DNA of 64,000 bases from Glycomyces sp. (GCA_035765105.1 DASTYG010000107.1:16504-80503); one strand, 5' to 3'; positions 18,410-28,307 are shown, counted from the first letter of the stretch. Numbers and translations: made by a program. The notes: generated by a model from the sequence alone, not told the origin.

Positions 18410-18858
18410 GAGTGGACGCAGAATTCGTTGCCCTCGGGGTCGCCCATGACGATCCACCGGCTGGGGCCCTCCCGGTGCTCGGCCAGGCGCGTCGCGCCGA
18501 GCCCTTCGAGCCGCGCGGCCTCGGCGTCGATGCGGTCGGCGCCGTAGTGCAGGTCCAGGTGCATCCGGTTCTTGACCGTCTTCGGTTCCGGGACCTGCTG
18601 GAAGAGCATGCGGACGCCTTCGCCGACGCCGCTGTGCGGGTCCACCGGCGCGGCCGGGTCGCGGATCGCCGCGGCGGTCTTCCACGCCTTGCGGCCGCCG
18701 ACCTCGACCAGGAGGTCCTCGCCGATGTGCCCCTCCGCGAGAAGCCGCTCGATGAGCGCCGAGTTGTCCTCGACGACGTACCCCGTCGCCTCGGCCCAGA
18801 AGTCCGCCAGCAGGTGCGGATCGGCGCAGTCGACGCAGAGTTTGCAGTGTACGGTCAT
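18406..18858 (-). CDS. VOC/glyoxalase family protein
   Basis: Start at MTVHCKLCVDCADPHLLADFW...; C-terminal GDPEGNEFCV is typical of the VOC fold. Confidence 0.75.
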   Translation of the reverse strand: MTVHCKLCVDCADPHLLADFWAEATGYVVEDNSALIERLLAEGHIGEDLLVEVGGRKAWKTAAAIRDPAAPVDPHSGVGEGVRMLFQQVPEPKTVKNRMHLDLHYGADRIDAEAARLEGLGATRLAEHREGPSRWIVMGDPEGNEFCVHS

Positions 18859-18933
18859 GCCGCCGACTCTAATCCCCGCTTCCGACAATGCATGCCGCCG
18901 CGCGAGAACGCTCAGCGCCTTCCGCCGCCGGGT

Positions 18934-19656
18934 TCAGTAGGAGCTCTGAGGGAACACCGGTGAGCCCGATTCGAGGAGGTTGAGTTCGATCGTCGTCACC
19001 GCACCGGTCGCGACGTCGAGGGCGCGGCACTCGATGCCGGTCGCCAGAGCGGCCATCCCTGTGGGCGTGTTGTGCTCGGTGAACGGGATCTGGGTGTGGT
19101 CGTCCATGTCGCAGACGGCGTACTCGGTCTGGTACTGGTAGCGCACGATGGACTCCATCCGGTCCCGCAGGATCGGCGCGCTGGTGAGGTCGGCCCGGTA
19201 GGAGAGGTACCCCGATTCGTTCTGGCCGTCGCTCAGCCCGGTCGTGACACTGTCCAGGATGAGGACGTCGTAGTCGTACTGCTTGCCGAGGAATTCGACC
19301 GTGCAGGTGAGGGCCTCGCCGCTCTCGCCGCCGATGTCGGGGCAGGAGGCGCTCGCCTCGGGGTCCGCCCGGTCGGCGAACTCGGTGACCGCTTCGAGGG
19401 CCTCCCAGGCGATCCGTTCGGCGAGCGGCGCCGATTCGTCCGGTTCGGACGGCAGCTCGCCGAGGTCGCCCTTCGGCCGCTCCGCGGGGATCTCGCCGTG
19501 GTTGAACGCCGAGAAGTCGATGTCGGGCGGGCTGCTCGCCGCGGATGTCGGCGCGGCGGGCTCCGAGGCGGGCGCCGTCGGGGGCGTCTCGTCGGCGCAC
19601 GCGGTCAGCAGCATCAAGGGCAGGAAGGCGGCGATCCGGCGGGCAGATGGGCGCAA
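18934..19656 (-). CDS. Lipoprotein, function unknown
   Basis: Lipobox LLTAC after MRPSARRIAAFLPLM. Confidence 0.65.
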   Translation of the reverse strand: MRPSARRIAAFLPLMLLTACADETPPTAPASEPAAPTSAASSPPDIDFSAFNHGEIPAERPKGDLGELPSEPDESAPLAERIAWEALEAVTEFADRADPEASASCPDIGGESGEALTCTVEFLGKQYDYDVLILDSVTTGLSDGQNESGYLSYRADLTSAPILRDRMESIVRYQYQTEYAVCDMDDHTQIPFTEHNTPTGMAALATGIECRALDVATGAVTTIELNLLESGSPVFPQSSY

Positions 19657-19768
19657 GGCGGCTTCCTTCCAGGTCGCTTCGCGGCGGCGGGCTCGCGACC
19701 GCCATTCTAGTGGAAGCGGACCGGCCGCGGGTGCGACGGCGCTCGCGGCCCGGCCCCGCGAGCAGCGG

Positions 19769-20488
19769 TCACCGCCAGTAGGCCATCGCGTTCACGCGGT
19801 GCTTGGGGATGCCGATCTCCTTGCGCAGGAGCGCGTTCAGTCCGCGGGTGCTCTTGAATTCGCAGGCGACCCAGGCGTAGGCCGAGTCCGGGTCCTCGAT
19901 GAGCGCGGGCAGCGCCTCGCGCGCCTCGGCCACCAGGCCGCCGGAGCCCTTGCGGGGCACGAGCTTGAGTTCGTGCCGCTCGGGGTCGAGGGCCAGCGTC
20001 TCGGCGTCGGCGGCGGCCGCGTCGACGGTCTCGAACCAGATCGTCGCGGGCACTTCGGGCAGCGCGGCCAGCAGCGAGTTGATCGCGGGCAGCGCGGCGG
20101 CGTCGCCGAACACGAACATCCTGGGCGGCAGCGGATCGGGGGCGGTGAAGGCGCTGCCCTGCACCGTCGCCGCGATGGTGTCGCCCGGTCGGGCCCGCTC
20201 GGCCCACGCGCAGGCCGGGCCCTCGTGCATCGCGAAGTCCAGGCTGAAGGCACCCGCCTCGGGGTCGGCGTCGACGAGCGTGTAGCCGCGCTGGTGCGGC
20301 CTGCCCGCGTTCGCGAACCACACGCGCACCCACATCGTCGGGTGGACGCCGGTGACCCGCAGCATGCCGCCGTCGGTGAACCGGACCCGCCGGAAGTGCT
20401 CGTTGATCCGCTCGGACCCGGTGACGGTGAACGTGTAGTCCTTGGCGCGTATGAGTTTGAGGACCGCGCCCTCCCAACCGTGCCCCAT
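19769..20488 (-). CDS. Siderophore-interacting protein (SIP/ViuB-type ferric-siderophore reductase)
   Basis: FAD_binding_9-like N-terminus (RGYTLV) and C-terminal VACEFKSTRGLNALLRKEIGIPKHRVNAMAYWR. Divergent from an iron-box promoter. Confidence 0.8.
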   Translation of the reverse strand: MGHGWEGAVLKLIRAKDYTFTVTGSERINEHFRRVRFTDGGMLRVTGVHPTMWVRVWFANAGRPHQRGYTLVDADPEAGAFSLDFAMHEGPACAWAERARPGDTIAATVQGSAFTAPDPLPPRMFVFGDAAALPAINSLLAALPEVPATIWFETVDAAAADAETLALDPERHELKLVPRKGSGGLVAEAREALPALIEDPDSAYAWVACEFKSTRGLNALLRKEIGIPKHRVNAMAYWR

Positions 20489-20548
20489 CGGCGTCTCCTT
20501 CCTCCCGGCGGCCTCCACTGGAGACGAGCCATGTGACAGAATCTCAAG

Positions 20549-20567
20549 TTAGGTTAGACTACCCTAA
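20549..20567. promoter_or_regulatory. IdeR/DmdR-type iron box (TTAGGTTAGACTACCCTAA)
   Basis: Matches the 19-bp consensus TTAGGTTAGGCTAACCTAA at 17 of 19 positions. It sits in the 100-bp divergent intergenic region between the SIP gene and the acylase-acyltransferase gene. Confidence 0.75.
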
Positions 20568-20588
20568 GCGAGGAGGGGTGAGGCGGGC

Positions 20589-23174
20589 ATGGAGTTCGCG
20601 ATTCACCGGGACGCCTGGGGCGTCCCGCACCTGCGGGCCCGCACCGCCCGCGGCCTGGCGTTCGCCCAGGGGCACAACGCCGCCCGCGACCGGGGCTCGC
20701 AGATCGCCCTGCTCAGGCGCCGCGCCGAAGGCACCGTCGCCGCCGCGTTCGGCCGCGCGGCCCTCCCCTGGGACCGCTTCGCGCGCCAGGCCCGCATCGA
20801 CGACACCGCCCGGCGCTGCTTCGCCGCGCTCGACCAGGGCACCGCCGCCTGGGTCGCGGCCTACACCGACGGCGTCAACGCCGCCCTCCCCGAAGACCCG
20901 CCCTGGCGCCCGTGGACGCCGCTGGCGATCTGGCTCGCCGAGCACCTGCTCTTCGGCGCCGGATTCCCCGCGAAGCTGTGGCGCGAGCGCCTCGCCACCC
21001 ACCTGGGCGAGGCGGCGATCGGGCTGTTCGCCGCCGACGGGCCCGACCGCTCGGGCAGCAACGGCTGGCTCCTCACCGGCGAGCGCACCGCCTCCGGCGC
21101 GCCCCTGCTCGCGGGCGACCCCCACCGCTACATCGAGGAGCCGAGCGTCTACCAGCAGATCCGCCTCTCCTGCGACGAGTTCGACGTGATCGGCCTGGCG
21201 GTGCCCGGCGTCCCCGGCATAGCCCACTTCGGACACACCGGCGGGGTCGCCTGGGGCATCACGAACGCCATGGCCGACACCACCGACCTCTACTGGGAGC
21301 GCCTGCGCCACGACGGCGACCGCATCGAAGCGCTCGGCCCCGGCGGCTGGGAGCCGGCCGAGTCCCGCACCGAGACGATCGCGATCGCCGGACACGACGA
21401 CGCCGCGGTCGACATCGTCGAGACCCCGCGCGGCCCGGTCATCGCCGGCGGCATCGACCAGGCGTGGGCGCTGAGCCTGCGCTGCCCCGTCCGCGCGGGC
21501 GGCGACCTCGGCTTCGGCGCCCTGCCGAGGCTCCTGCGGGCCCGGACGGTCGCCGACGTCGACGCCGCCCTGGACGCGTGGGTGACGCCGGTCAACGTCG
21601 TCCTCGCCGCCGACACCGCCGGCGGGCTCCTCCACCGCGTCGCCGGACGCGTCCCGCTGCGCGAGGGCGCGAACATGCTCCGCCCCGTGCCCGCCTGGAA
21701 GGCCCGGCACGCCTGGCAGGGCTGGCACGAGCCGCCGCGGGCCCCCGTCCGCCCCGTCACCGTCATGGCCAACCAGCGCGGCCCCGCCGCCCCCCTCGGC
21801 GTCGAGTTCGCCCCGCCCCACCGGGCCCGCCGCATCGCCCAACTGCTCACCGCCTCCCGCGCCTGGACCGCCGAGTCCACCGCGGCCGTCCACACCGACG
21901 CGCTCCTGTCCTCGGCCGGGCCGCTCCTGGACGTCCTCGCCGGACTCGACGGCCTCGGCTGCGCCGCCGCCGGTCTGCGCAAGCGCCTCCTGGCCTGGGA
22001 CCGCCGCATGGACCCCGGCAGCGCCGAGGCCGCCGACTACGCCGCCCTGCGCACGGCGGTCGTCCGCCGCCTCGCCGAGCACCCGGCGCTCGCGCCCCTG
22101 GCCGAACCCTCCCCCTACCCCGACCTCTTCGCGCCCTGGCTCGCGCTGCGGCCCCGCATCGGGTTCGCGCTCGAACACCTGCTCGCGCACGGCGACGGCG
22201 TCGTCCCCGCCGCCGACCGGGACGCGGCGGTCCGCGCTGCCGCCGAGGCGACCGCCGCGGGCGGCGGCCTCGTCCCGTGGGGCGAGCGGCACCGCTTCAC
22301 GCCCTGGCTCTCCCCGCCCGGGGAGTCCTGGCCGGGCGTCGGCGGCGACCACGACTGCGTCCTGGCGACGAGCGCCCTCCCCGGCGCGGGCGACGGCTTC
22401 TCGCGGGGCCCGGCCGCCCGCTGGGTCTGGGACCTCGCCGACCGCTCCCGCAGCCGCTGGATCGTGCCCTTCGGCGCCGCGGGCGAACCGGGCCACCCGC
22501 ACTCCCGCGACCAGCTGCCGCTGTGGCTGGCGGGCGAGCTCATCCCCGTGACCACCGACTGGAACGACCTGAGTGAGGAAACCCCCATGACCGACCACGC
22601 CACCGCGGCGGCCCTGCGCGCCGCCGTCCACGAGCAGGCCGTCGAGGGCTTCGGCCGCGTCCGCATCGTCCCGGTCGACCCGGGGGCCGACGCCGACCTG
22701 ATCCACGGCTGGGTCACCGAGGAGCGCGCCCGGTTCTGGGGCATGCTGGAGGCCGACCGCGAACGCGTCCAGGAGATCTACGAGTACCTCGACTCGCTGC
22801 CCACCCACCACGCCTTCCTCGTCCTGCGCGAGGACGAGCCGATCGCCCTGTTCCAGACCTACGAGCCGGACGCCGACCCGGTGGGGGAGTGCTACGACGC
22901 CCGCCCCGGCGACATCGGCACCCACCTCCTGGTCGCCAGGCCCGGCCGCGAGCGGGCCCGGGCGGGGTTCACCGCGGTGCTCGTCTCGGTGCTGGTGGAC
23001 TACCTGTTCGCCGACCCCGCGCACCGGCGGGTCGTCGCCGAGCCCGACGCGCGCAACGCGCACGCCGGCGCCCTGCTGCGGCGCAGCGGCTTCACGATCG
23101 GGCCCGAGATCGAACTGCCCGACAAGCGCGCCCGCCTGGCGTTCTTGACCCGCGAAGCCCACGAGCGCCGCTGA
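20589..23174 (+). CDS. Fusion protein: penicillin/AHL/siderophore acylase (Ntn hydrolase, PvdQ-like) plus C-terminal IucB/MbtK-type siderophore N-acyltransferase (GNAT)
   Basis: N-terminal ~665 aa carries the acylase pattern with the autoprocessing site DRSG/SNGWLL. From M667 (ATG 22587, preceded by GAGGAA) comes an Acetyltransf_8-like domain (LIHGWVTEERARFWGM..., RRVVAEPDARN). No stop codon separates the two. Confidence 0.75.
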   Translation: MEFAIHRDAWGVPHLRARTARGLAFAQGHNAARDRGSQIALLRRRAEGTVAAAFGRAALPWDRFARQARIDDTARRCFAALDQGTAAWVAAYTDGVNAALPEDPPWRPWTPLAIWLAEHLLFGAGFPAKLWRERLATHLGEAAIGLFAADGPDRSGSNGWLLTGERTASGAPLLAGDPHRYIEEPSVYQQIRLSCDEFDVIGLAVPGVPGIAHFGHTGGVAWGITNAMADTTDLYWERLRHDGDRIEALGPGGWEPAESRTETIAIAGHDDAAVDIVETPRGPVIAGGIDQAWALSLRCPVRAGGDLGFGALPRLLRARTVADVDAALDAWVTPVNVVLAADTAGGLLHRVAGRVPLREGANMLRPVPAWKARHAWQGWHEPPRAPVRPVTVMANQRGPAAPLGVEFAPPHRARRIAQLLTASRAWTAESTAAVHTDALLSSAGPLLDVLAGLDGLGCAAAGLRKRLLAWDRRMDPGSAEAADYAALRTAVVRRLAEHPALAPLAEPSPYPDLFAPWLALRPRIGFALEHLLAHGDGVVPAADRDAAVRAAAEATAAGGGLVPWGERHRFTPWLSPPGESWPGVGGDHDCVLATSALPGAGDGFSRGPAARWVWDLADRSRSRWIVPFGAAGEPGHPHSRDQLPLWLAGELIPVTTDWNDLSEETPMTDHATAAALRAAVHEQAVEGFGRVRIVPVDPGADADLIHGWVTEERARFWGMLEADRERVQEIYEYLDSLPTHHAFLVLREDEPIALFQTYEPDADPVGECYDARPGDIGTHLLVARPGRERARAGFTAVLVSVLVDYLFADPAHRRVVAEPDARNAHAGALLRRSGFTIGPEIELPDKRARLAFLTREAHERR

Positions 23175-23377
23175 GGGCTCACCGGCGGCAATATGCACTA
23201 CCTGCGCGCCAAGTCGATCCACACCGGACACGCCATCGCGCCCGCCGGGGCCGCCGCCCGAACGGACCCCGGACGCGGCGCCGCCGCCCGCGCCACGAAG
23301 CGGTGAATCCGCTACGGTCGGGCCGAAACCGCGAGACAATCGCAGCGCCCTCCAAACCGCGACCGAAGGAGCACGCC

Positions 23378-24343
23378 GTGCGCGCCGTGACCGTCACCGA
23401 TTTCAACGCCGACCCCGAGACGACCGAGATCCCGACCCCCGAACCGGGACCGGGCGAAGTCCTCGTCCGCCTCGAAGCCGCCGGAGTCAACCCCTTCGAC
23501 TGGAAGGTCGTCGACGGCGCCCTGCGCGGCGCCGTCGACCACGCCTTCCCGCTGGTCCTCGGCTCCGACGGCGCCGGCATCGTCGAACGGGTCGGCCCCG
23601 GCGTCACCGCCCCGGCACCGGGCGACCGCGTCTTCGGCCAGTTCATGGACGTCCAGCGCGGCCGCGGCTCCTACGCCGAGTTCGCCCTCGCCCCCGCCGA
23701 GGGCAAACTCGCGCCCCTGCCGCAGCAGCTCCCCTTCGACCTCGCCGCCGCGCTCCCCACCGCGGGCGCCGCCGCCCACGACTTCGTCGCCGCCACCGCG
23801 GCCGCCCCCGGGCAGACCGTCCTGATCAACGGCGCCTCCGGCGGCGTCGGCCAGGCCGCCGTGCAGCTGGCCGCCGCCCGGGGCGCGCACGTCATCGCCA
23901 CGACCGACCCCGCCACCGCCGCCTACCTCCGCGAACTGGGCGCCGCCGAACTCATCGACTTCACCGAGACGTCCGCCGTCGAACAGGTCCGCCGCTCCCA
24001 CCCCGGCGGGATCGACGCCGTCGTCGACCTCGTCTCCGGCCCCGACGACATCGACCCCGTCGCCGACCTGCTCAAGAGCGGCGGCATCATCGTCAGCGCC
24101 AACACGGCCGTCGACGCCGAGGCCCTCGCCGACCGCGCCCTGCGCGGCCGCAACATGTACGCCCAGGCCACGCCGCAGACCCTGACCGCCCTCGCCGAAG
24201 CGGTGGTCAACGGCGACTTGAAGCTCCGCATCGACTTCAAGGCGCCGCTGGAGCAGGCCCCCGCCGCGCTGGAGCGCTCGCGCGCGGGCGCCGCCCGGGG
24301 CAAGCTCGTCATCGCCGTCCGACAGCCCACCGTCGACGTCTGA
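23378..24343 (+). CDS. NADPH:quinone oxidoreductase-like MDR (zinc-type alcohol dehydrogenase superfamily)
   Basis: GTG start after GAAGGAG. Motifs GEVLVRLEAAGVNPFDWK and INGASGGVGQAAVQLA. Confidence 0.8.
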   Translation: MRAVTVTDFNADPETTEIPTPEPGPGEVLVRLEAAGVNPFDWKVVDGALRGAVDHAFPLVLGSDGAGIVERVGPGVTAPAPGDRVFGQFMDVQRGRGSYAEFALAPAEGKLAPLPQQLPFDLAAALPTAGAAAHDFVAATAAAPGQTVLINGASGGVGQAAVQLAAARGAHVIATTDPATAAYLRELGAAELIDFTETSAVEQVRRSHPGGIDAVVDLVSGPDDIDPVADLLKSGGIIVSANTAVDAEALADRALRGRNMYAQATPQTLTALAEAVVNGDLKLRIDFKAPLEQAPAALERSRAGAARGKLVIAVRQPTVDV

Positions 24344-24391
24344 GCCGCAAAACCCGTTGCCGCGCAGCGCCCCCGCGGACAGACTGTCCGC

Positions 24392-25300
24392 ATGGACGAT
24401 AATCGATACGCTGACGGGCGGGCCGGGATCGACGCGGGACTGGTCGAGCGGCTGATCGCCGCCCAGTTCCCGCAGTGGAGCGGCCTGCCCGTGCGGCCGG
24501 TCGAGATCGACGGATGGGACAACCGCACCTACCGCCTCGGCGAGGACAAGACGGTGCGGCTGCCCACCGCCGCCTCCTACGCGCTCGCCGTGGCGAAGGA
24601 GCACCGGTGGCTCCCCCTCCTCGCCCCGCACCTGCCCGTCCCCGTCCCGGTGCCGCTCGGCCTCGGCGCGCCGGGCGAGGGCTACCCGCACCCGTGGTCG
24701 GTGCGGCGCTGGATCGACGGCGAGACCGCCCGCCCCGACCGCGTCGGCGACCTGACCGCCTTCGCGGTCGCGGTGGGGGAGTTCCTGACCGCCCTGCAAG
24801 GCGTCGACGCGACCGGCGGCCCCGCGGGCGGCGAGCACAGCTTCCACCGCGGCGCCTCCCCGGCCCACTACGACGAGGAGACCCGCAAGGCGCTGCGGGC
24901 CTTGGACGGCCGCCTCGACACCGCGGGCGCCGAAGCGGTCTGGGACGCCGCCCTCGCCGCCGAGTGGAGCGACCCGCCGGTCTGGTTCCACGGCGACGTG
25001 GCCGGCGGCAACCTCCTCCTGCGGGGCGGCCGGCTCGCCGCCGTCATCGACTTCGGCACCTGCGGCGTCGGCGATCCCGCCTGCGACCTGGTGATCGCCT
25101 GGACCATGTTCGAGGGCGCGAGCCGCGAGACGTTCCGCCGCACCGTGGGCCGCGGCGAGGACGCCTGGGCCAGGGCCCGGGGCTGGGCGGTCTGGAAGGC
25201 CCTGATCCGCCTGGCCTGGAGCGACGCGGACGGCGAGGAGGTCCGCACCCACCGCCGCGTCGTCGAGGCCGTCGCCGCCGAGCACCGCGCCGCCCGCTGA
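24392..25300 (+). CDS. Aminoglycoside phosphotransferase (APH)/protein-kinase-like family protein
   Basis: Motifs HGDVAGGNLLL and IDFGTCGVGDPACDL. The substrate cannot be inferred. Confidence 0.8.
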   Translation: MDDNRYADGRAGIDAGLVERLIAAQFPQWSGLPVRPVEIDGWDNRTYRLGEDKTVRLPTAASYALAVAKEHRWLPLLAPHLPVPVPVPLGLGAPGEGYPHPWSVRRWIDGETARPDRVGDLTAFAVAVGEFLTALQGVDATGGPAGGEHSFHRGASPAHYDEETRKALRALDGRLDTAGAEAVWDAALAAEWSDPPVWFHGDVAGGNLLLRGGRLAAVIDFGTCGVGDPACDLVIAWTMFEGASRETFRRTVGRGEDAWARARGWAVWKALIRLAWSDADGEEVRTHRRVVEAVAAEHRAAR

Positions 25301-25310
25301 GGCGGCGCCC

Positions 25311-26243
25311 TCAGCGGGCGGCGTCGAAGTCGTAGACCACGCCGGTGAGCTCCTCGGAGACCCTCCACAGCCGCGCGGCCGTCTCGGGGTCCTCGGCCGC
25401 CGGGACCGGGCGCTCCACCGCCGGGTGCCCCCGGCGCCGCTTCCACTCGTCGGGGCCGATGTACTGCCCGCTCTCGGCGCGCGGGTCGGTGGCGGCGTAG
25501 AGCTGCGGCAGCGCCCCGGTCTCGACCGGCTGGGTGGACACCGCCGCGACGAGACGGGCGACGGGCCTGAGCAGCCGAGTGAATCCGTTGTCGACCAGGC
25601 TGGTCGCCGTGAGGCCGGGGTGGGCGATGAGGCTGCGCACCGGGCTGCCGACCGCGCGCAGCCGCCGGTCGAGTTCGAGGCCGAAGAGCATGTTGGCGAA
25701 CTTCGACTGCGCGTAGTAGCGCATGCCCGAGTAGCCGCGTGCCCCGGTGAGGTCGTCGAAGTGGATGGTGCCGCCGCGGTGCGCGAGCGAGCTGACGGTG
25801 ACCACGCGCGGGTCCCGCCCCCGCCGGATGCGGCCGAGCAGGCGCCCGGTGAGCGCGAAGTGCCCCAGGTGGTTGGCCGCGAACTGCGACTCGTGCCCCT
25901 GCGGGCTCAGCGTGCGCGGCGGCGCCATGACCCCCGCGTTGTTGACCAGCAGGTCGAACGCGCCGTCCTCGGCCGCGAAGCGGTCGGCGAAGCCGGCCAC
26001 CGAGTCCAGGTCGGCCAGGTCGACGCGGCGGACCTCGACGCTCGCCCCCGGGCGCTCCCGGCCGATCGCCTCGGCGGCGGCGCGCCCCTTGGCCTCGCTG
26101 CGCACCGCCATGATCACGCGGGCGCCGCCGAGCGCGAGCCGCCGCGCGGTCTCGAAGCCGACGCCGCTGTTGGCGCCGGTCACGACGGCGATCCTCCCCG
26201 ACTGGTCGGGGATGTCGGCGGCGGTCCAGGGGCGTCCGTCCAC
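25311..26243 (-). CDS. SDR family oxidoreductase
   Basis: TGANSGVGFETA motif and YAQSKFAN catalytic YxxxK. Confidence 0.85.
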   Translation of the reverse strand: MDGRPWTAADIPDQSGRIAVVTGANSGVGFETARRLALGGARVIMAVRSEAKGRAAAEAIGRERPGASVEVRRVDLADLDSVAGFADRFAAEDGAFDLLVNNAGVMAPPRTLSPQGHESQFAANHLGHFALTGRLLGRIRRGRDPRVVTVSSLAHRGGTIHFDDLTGARGYSGMRYYAQSKFANMLFGLELDRRLRAVGSPVRSLIAHPGLTATSLVDNGFTRLLRPVARLVAAVSTQPVETGALPQLYAATDPRAESGQYIGPDEWKRRRGHPAVERPVPAAEDPETAARLWRVSEELTGVVYDFDAAR

Positions 26244-26340
26244 GGTGTCTCCTCCATGCGCTCGCGGCCGGTCCGCAGCGCCGGACCGGTCCCCGCCCAG
26301 TGTGGCCGCGGCGCGTGCCGCGCCGCCACCGGGAGGCGGT

Positions 26341-27201
26341 TCAGGGGCGCGCTTCCCGCTCGGCGGCGCGCGGACTCGTCCAGCTCTCCAGCAGCCGCAG
26401 CGCCTCGGCGGTGGCCGAACCGGGCTCGACGTTGTAGACGCACATGGTCTGCTCGGGGTCCCCGGGCACCGGGAACGCCTCGTAGTGGAACTCCAGGTCG
26501 CCCACCAGCGGGTGCCGGTACCGCTTGACCCCGTTGGTCCGGACCATCACATGGTGCTCGCTCCACCAGCGCCCGAAGTCGGGGCAGCGCATTGTCAGCT
26601 CGCCGATCAGATCGGCCAGGCGCCGGTCCTCGGGGTGGCGCCCGGCGTCGAAGCGGAGCATCGCCACGGTGTCGGACGCGGCCCGCTCCCACTCGTGCAT
26701 CCGCTCGGGGGCCTGCGGATCGAGCAGGATGTACCGGGCGAGGTTCCGCTCGGCCGCCGGTCGCGCCTCGAAATCCGTGATCACTTCGCGGGCCAGCCGG
26801 TTCGAGGCCAGCACGTCGGTGCGCCTGCCGAAGACGAACGCGGGCACGCCCGCGAGGCTCTGCAAGGTCAGCAGCAGGCCCGGCCGCACGCGCTGGGCCA
26901 CCGGCGGCGCCTTCCGCGGGGCGCGCCTGCCGCACAGGTCGATCAGGTGCTGCCGTTCGGCGTCGTCGAGCCGCAGCGCCGAGGTGAGCGCGTCGAGCAC
27001 CTCGGGCGAGGGATTGCCCGCCCGGCCCTGTTCGAGGCGCGTGTAGTACTCGGTGCTCACATGGGCCAGCCGCGCCACCTCGTCGCGGCGCAGGCCCGGC
27101 ACGCGCCGGACGCGGCCGTCGTCGCTCAGTCCGGCGCGGTCGGGCGTCAGACGGGCGCGCCTGGTGCGGAGGAAGTCGGCCATTTCGGTGCCACGGTCCA
27201 T
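26341..27201 (-). CDS. XRE-family HTH regulator with MmyB-like ligand-binding domain
   Basis: FLRTRRARLTPDRAGL...RRVPGLRRDEVARLAHVSTEYYTRLEQGR is the MmyB-like signature. Divergent from an SDR gene, which is the usual pairing. Confidence 0.8.
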   Translation of the reverse strand: MDRGTEMADFLRTRRARLTPDRAGLSDDGRVRRVPGLRRDEVARLAHVSTEYYTRLEQGRAGNPSPEVLDALTSALRLDDAERQHLIDLCGRRAPRKAPPVAQRVRPGLLLTLQSLAGVPAFVFGRRTDVLASNRLAREVITDFEARPAAERNLARYILLDPQAPERMHEWERAASDTVAMLRFDAGRHPEDRRLADLIGELTMRCPDFGRWWSEHHVMVRTNGVKRYRHPLVGDLEFHYEAFPVPGDPEQTMCVYNVEPGSATAEALRLLESWTSPRAAEREARP

Positions 27202-27346
27202 GCCCCCAATTGTGCAGCCCCCGCGTCCCGCGCATCGGCGCTCGGGTGGCCCTGGCGGTACCAGTCGGCGCAGGGCGCTTTTAGCGGCGGCCGCGGCCGC
27301 TCACCGGTGCTTTGCTCGTTGCAGTCACCCGATCGTGAAGGGAACC

Positions 27347-28120
27347 ATGATGTCCACTGACATTGCCCGGCCGCTCGAAGGCCGGATCGCCGTCGTCACC
27401 GGGGCCTCCAGCGGCATCGGCGAGGCCACCGCCGAACTGCTGGCCGCCCGCGGGGCCCGGGTCGCCGTGCTCGCGCGCCGCGCCGACCGCCTCGAAGCCC
27501 TGGTCGAGCGCATCGGCGGGGACGGCGGCACCGCGCTCGCCGTGGCCGCCGACGTCACCGACGCGGCGGCGGCCAGGGCCGCGGCCGACCGCGTCGCCGC
27601 CGAGTTCGGTCCCGCCGACCTGCTGTTCAACAACGCCGGCGTCATGCTGGCGGGGCCGATCGGCGAACTGCGGACCGCCGATTGGCGGCGCATGATCGAC
27701 CTCAACGTCACCGGCCTGATGAACGTCATCGCCGCCTTCACCCCGCAGCTGGAGCGGGCGGCCGCCGATCGGGGCGCGGCCGACCTGGTCAACACCTCCT
27801 CGGTCGCCGCCAAGGCGGTCTTCCCCTCGTTCGCCGTCTACTGCGGCACCAAGGCGTACGTGTCGCATCTGTCCGACAACCTGCGGGCCGACCTCGGCCC
27901 CAAGGGCGTGCGGGTGGCGGTGATCGAGCCGGGGTTCGTCAGGACGGAGCTGCAAGGCCACGTCGAGGACTCGGCGTCCCGTGAGTGGCTCGACGGCGCG
28001 TTCGCGGCCGTGGACGTCCTCGAGGCGTCCGATGTGGCCGAGACGGTGGCGTTCCTGGCGTCCCGGCCGCCGCGGGTGAACTTCAGCCGCCTCACCGTCA
28101 TGCCGACCGCTCAGGTCTGA
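27347..28120 (+). CDS. SDR family oxidoreductase
   Basis: TGASSGIGEATA motif and YCGTKAYV catalytic YxxxK. Confidence 0.85.
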   Translation: MMSTDIARPLEGRIAVVTGASSGIGEATAELLAARGARVAVLARRADRLEALVERIGGDGGTALAVAADVTDAAAARAAADRVAAEFGPADLLFNNAGVMLAGPIGELRTADWRRMIDLNVTGLMNVIAAFTPQLERAAADRGAADLVNTSSVAAKAVFPSFAVYCGTKAYVSHLSDNLRADLGPKGVRVAVIEPGFVRTELQGHVEDSASREWLDGAFAAVDVLEASDVAETVAFLASRPPRVNFSRLTVMPTAQV

Positions 28121-28307
28121 GCCCGGGAGCGGGGCCGCGCTGTTCGAGCACGTCGCGCGGGACCGACGGCCCGCGCCCGGTCGCCGAGCGCGGGCCGTCC
28201 CGGTGCGGCGGCGCGACCGCGCGGGGCGCGATGTCCTGCGGCCCCCGCTGTCGCGCCGCCGCACCGGTTCGGGGAGGCCGCGGCCCGTGCCCGCGGCGTC
28301 CCCGCGC

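Noticed and set aside
24392-25300. Calling the APH-family gene an aminoglycoside resistance determinant, and calling 29897-30460 a trimethoprim-resistant DHFR.
   Set aside because: Only family-level motifs are visible. These families are large and mostly not resistance genes, and substrate cannot be read from the sequence.
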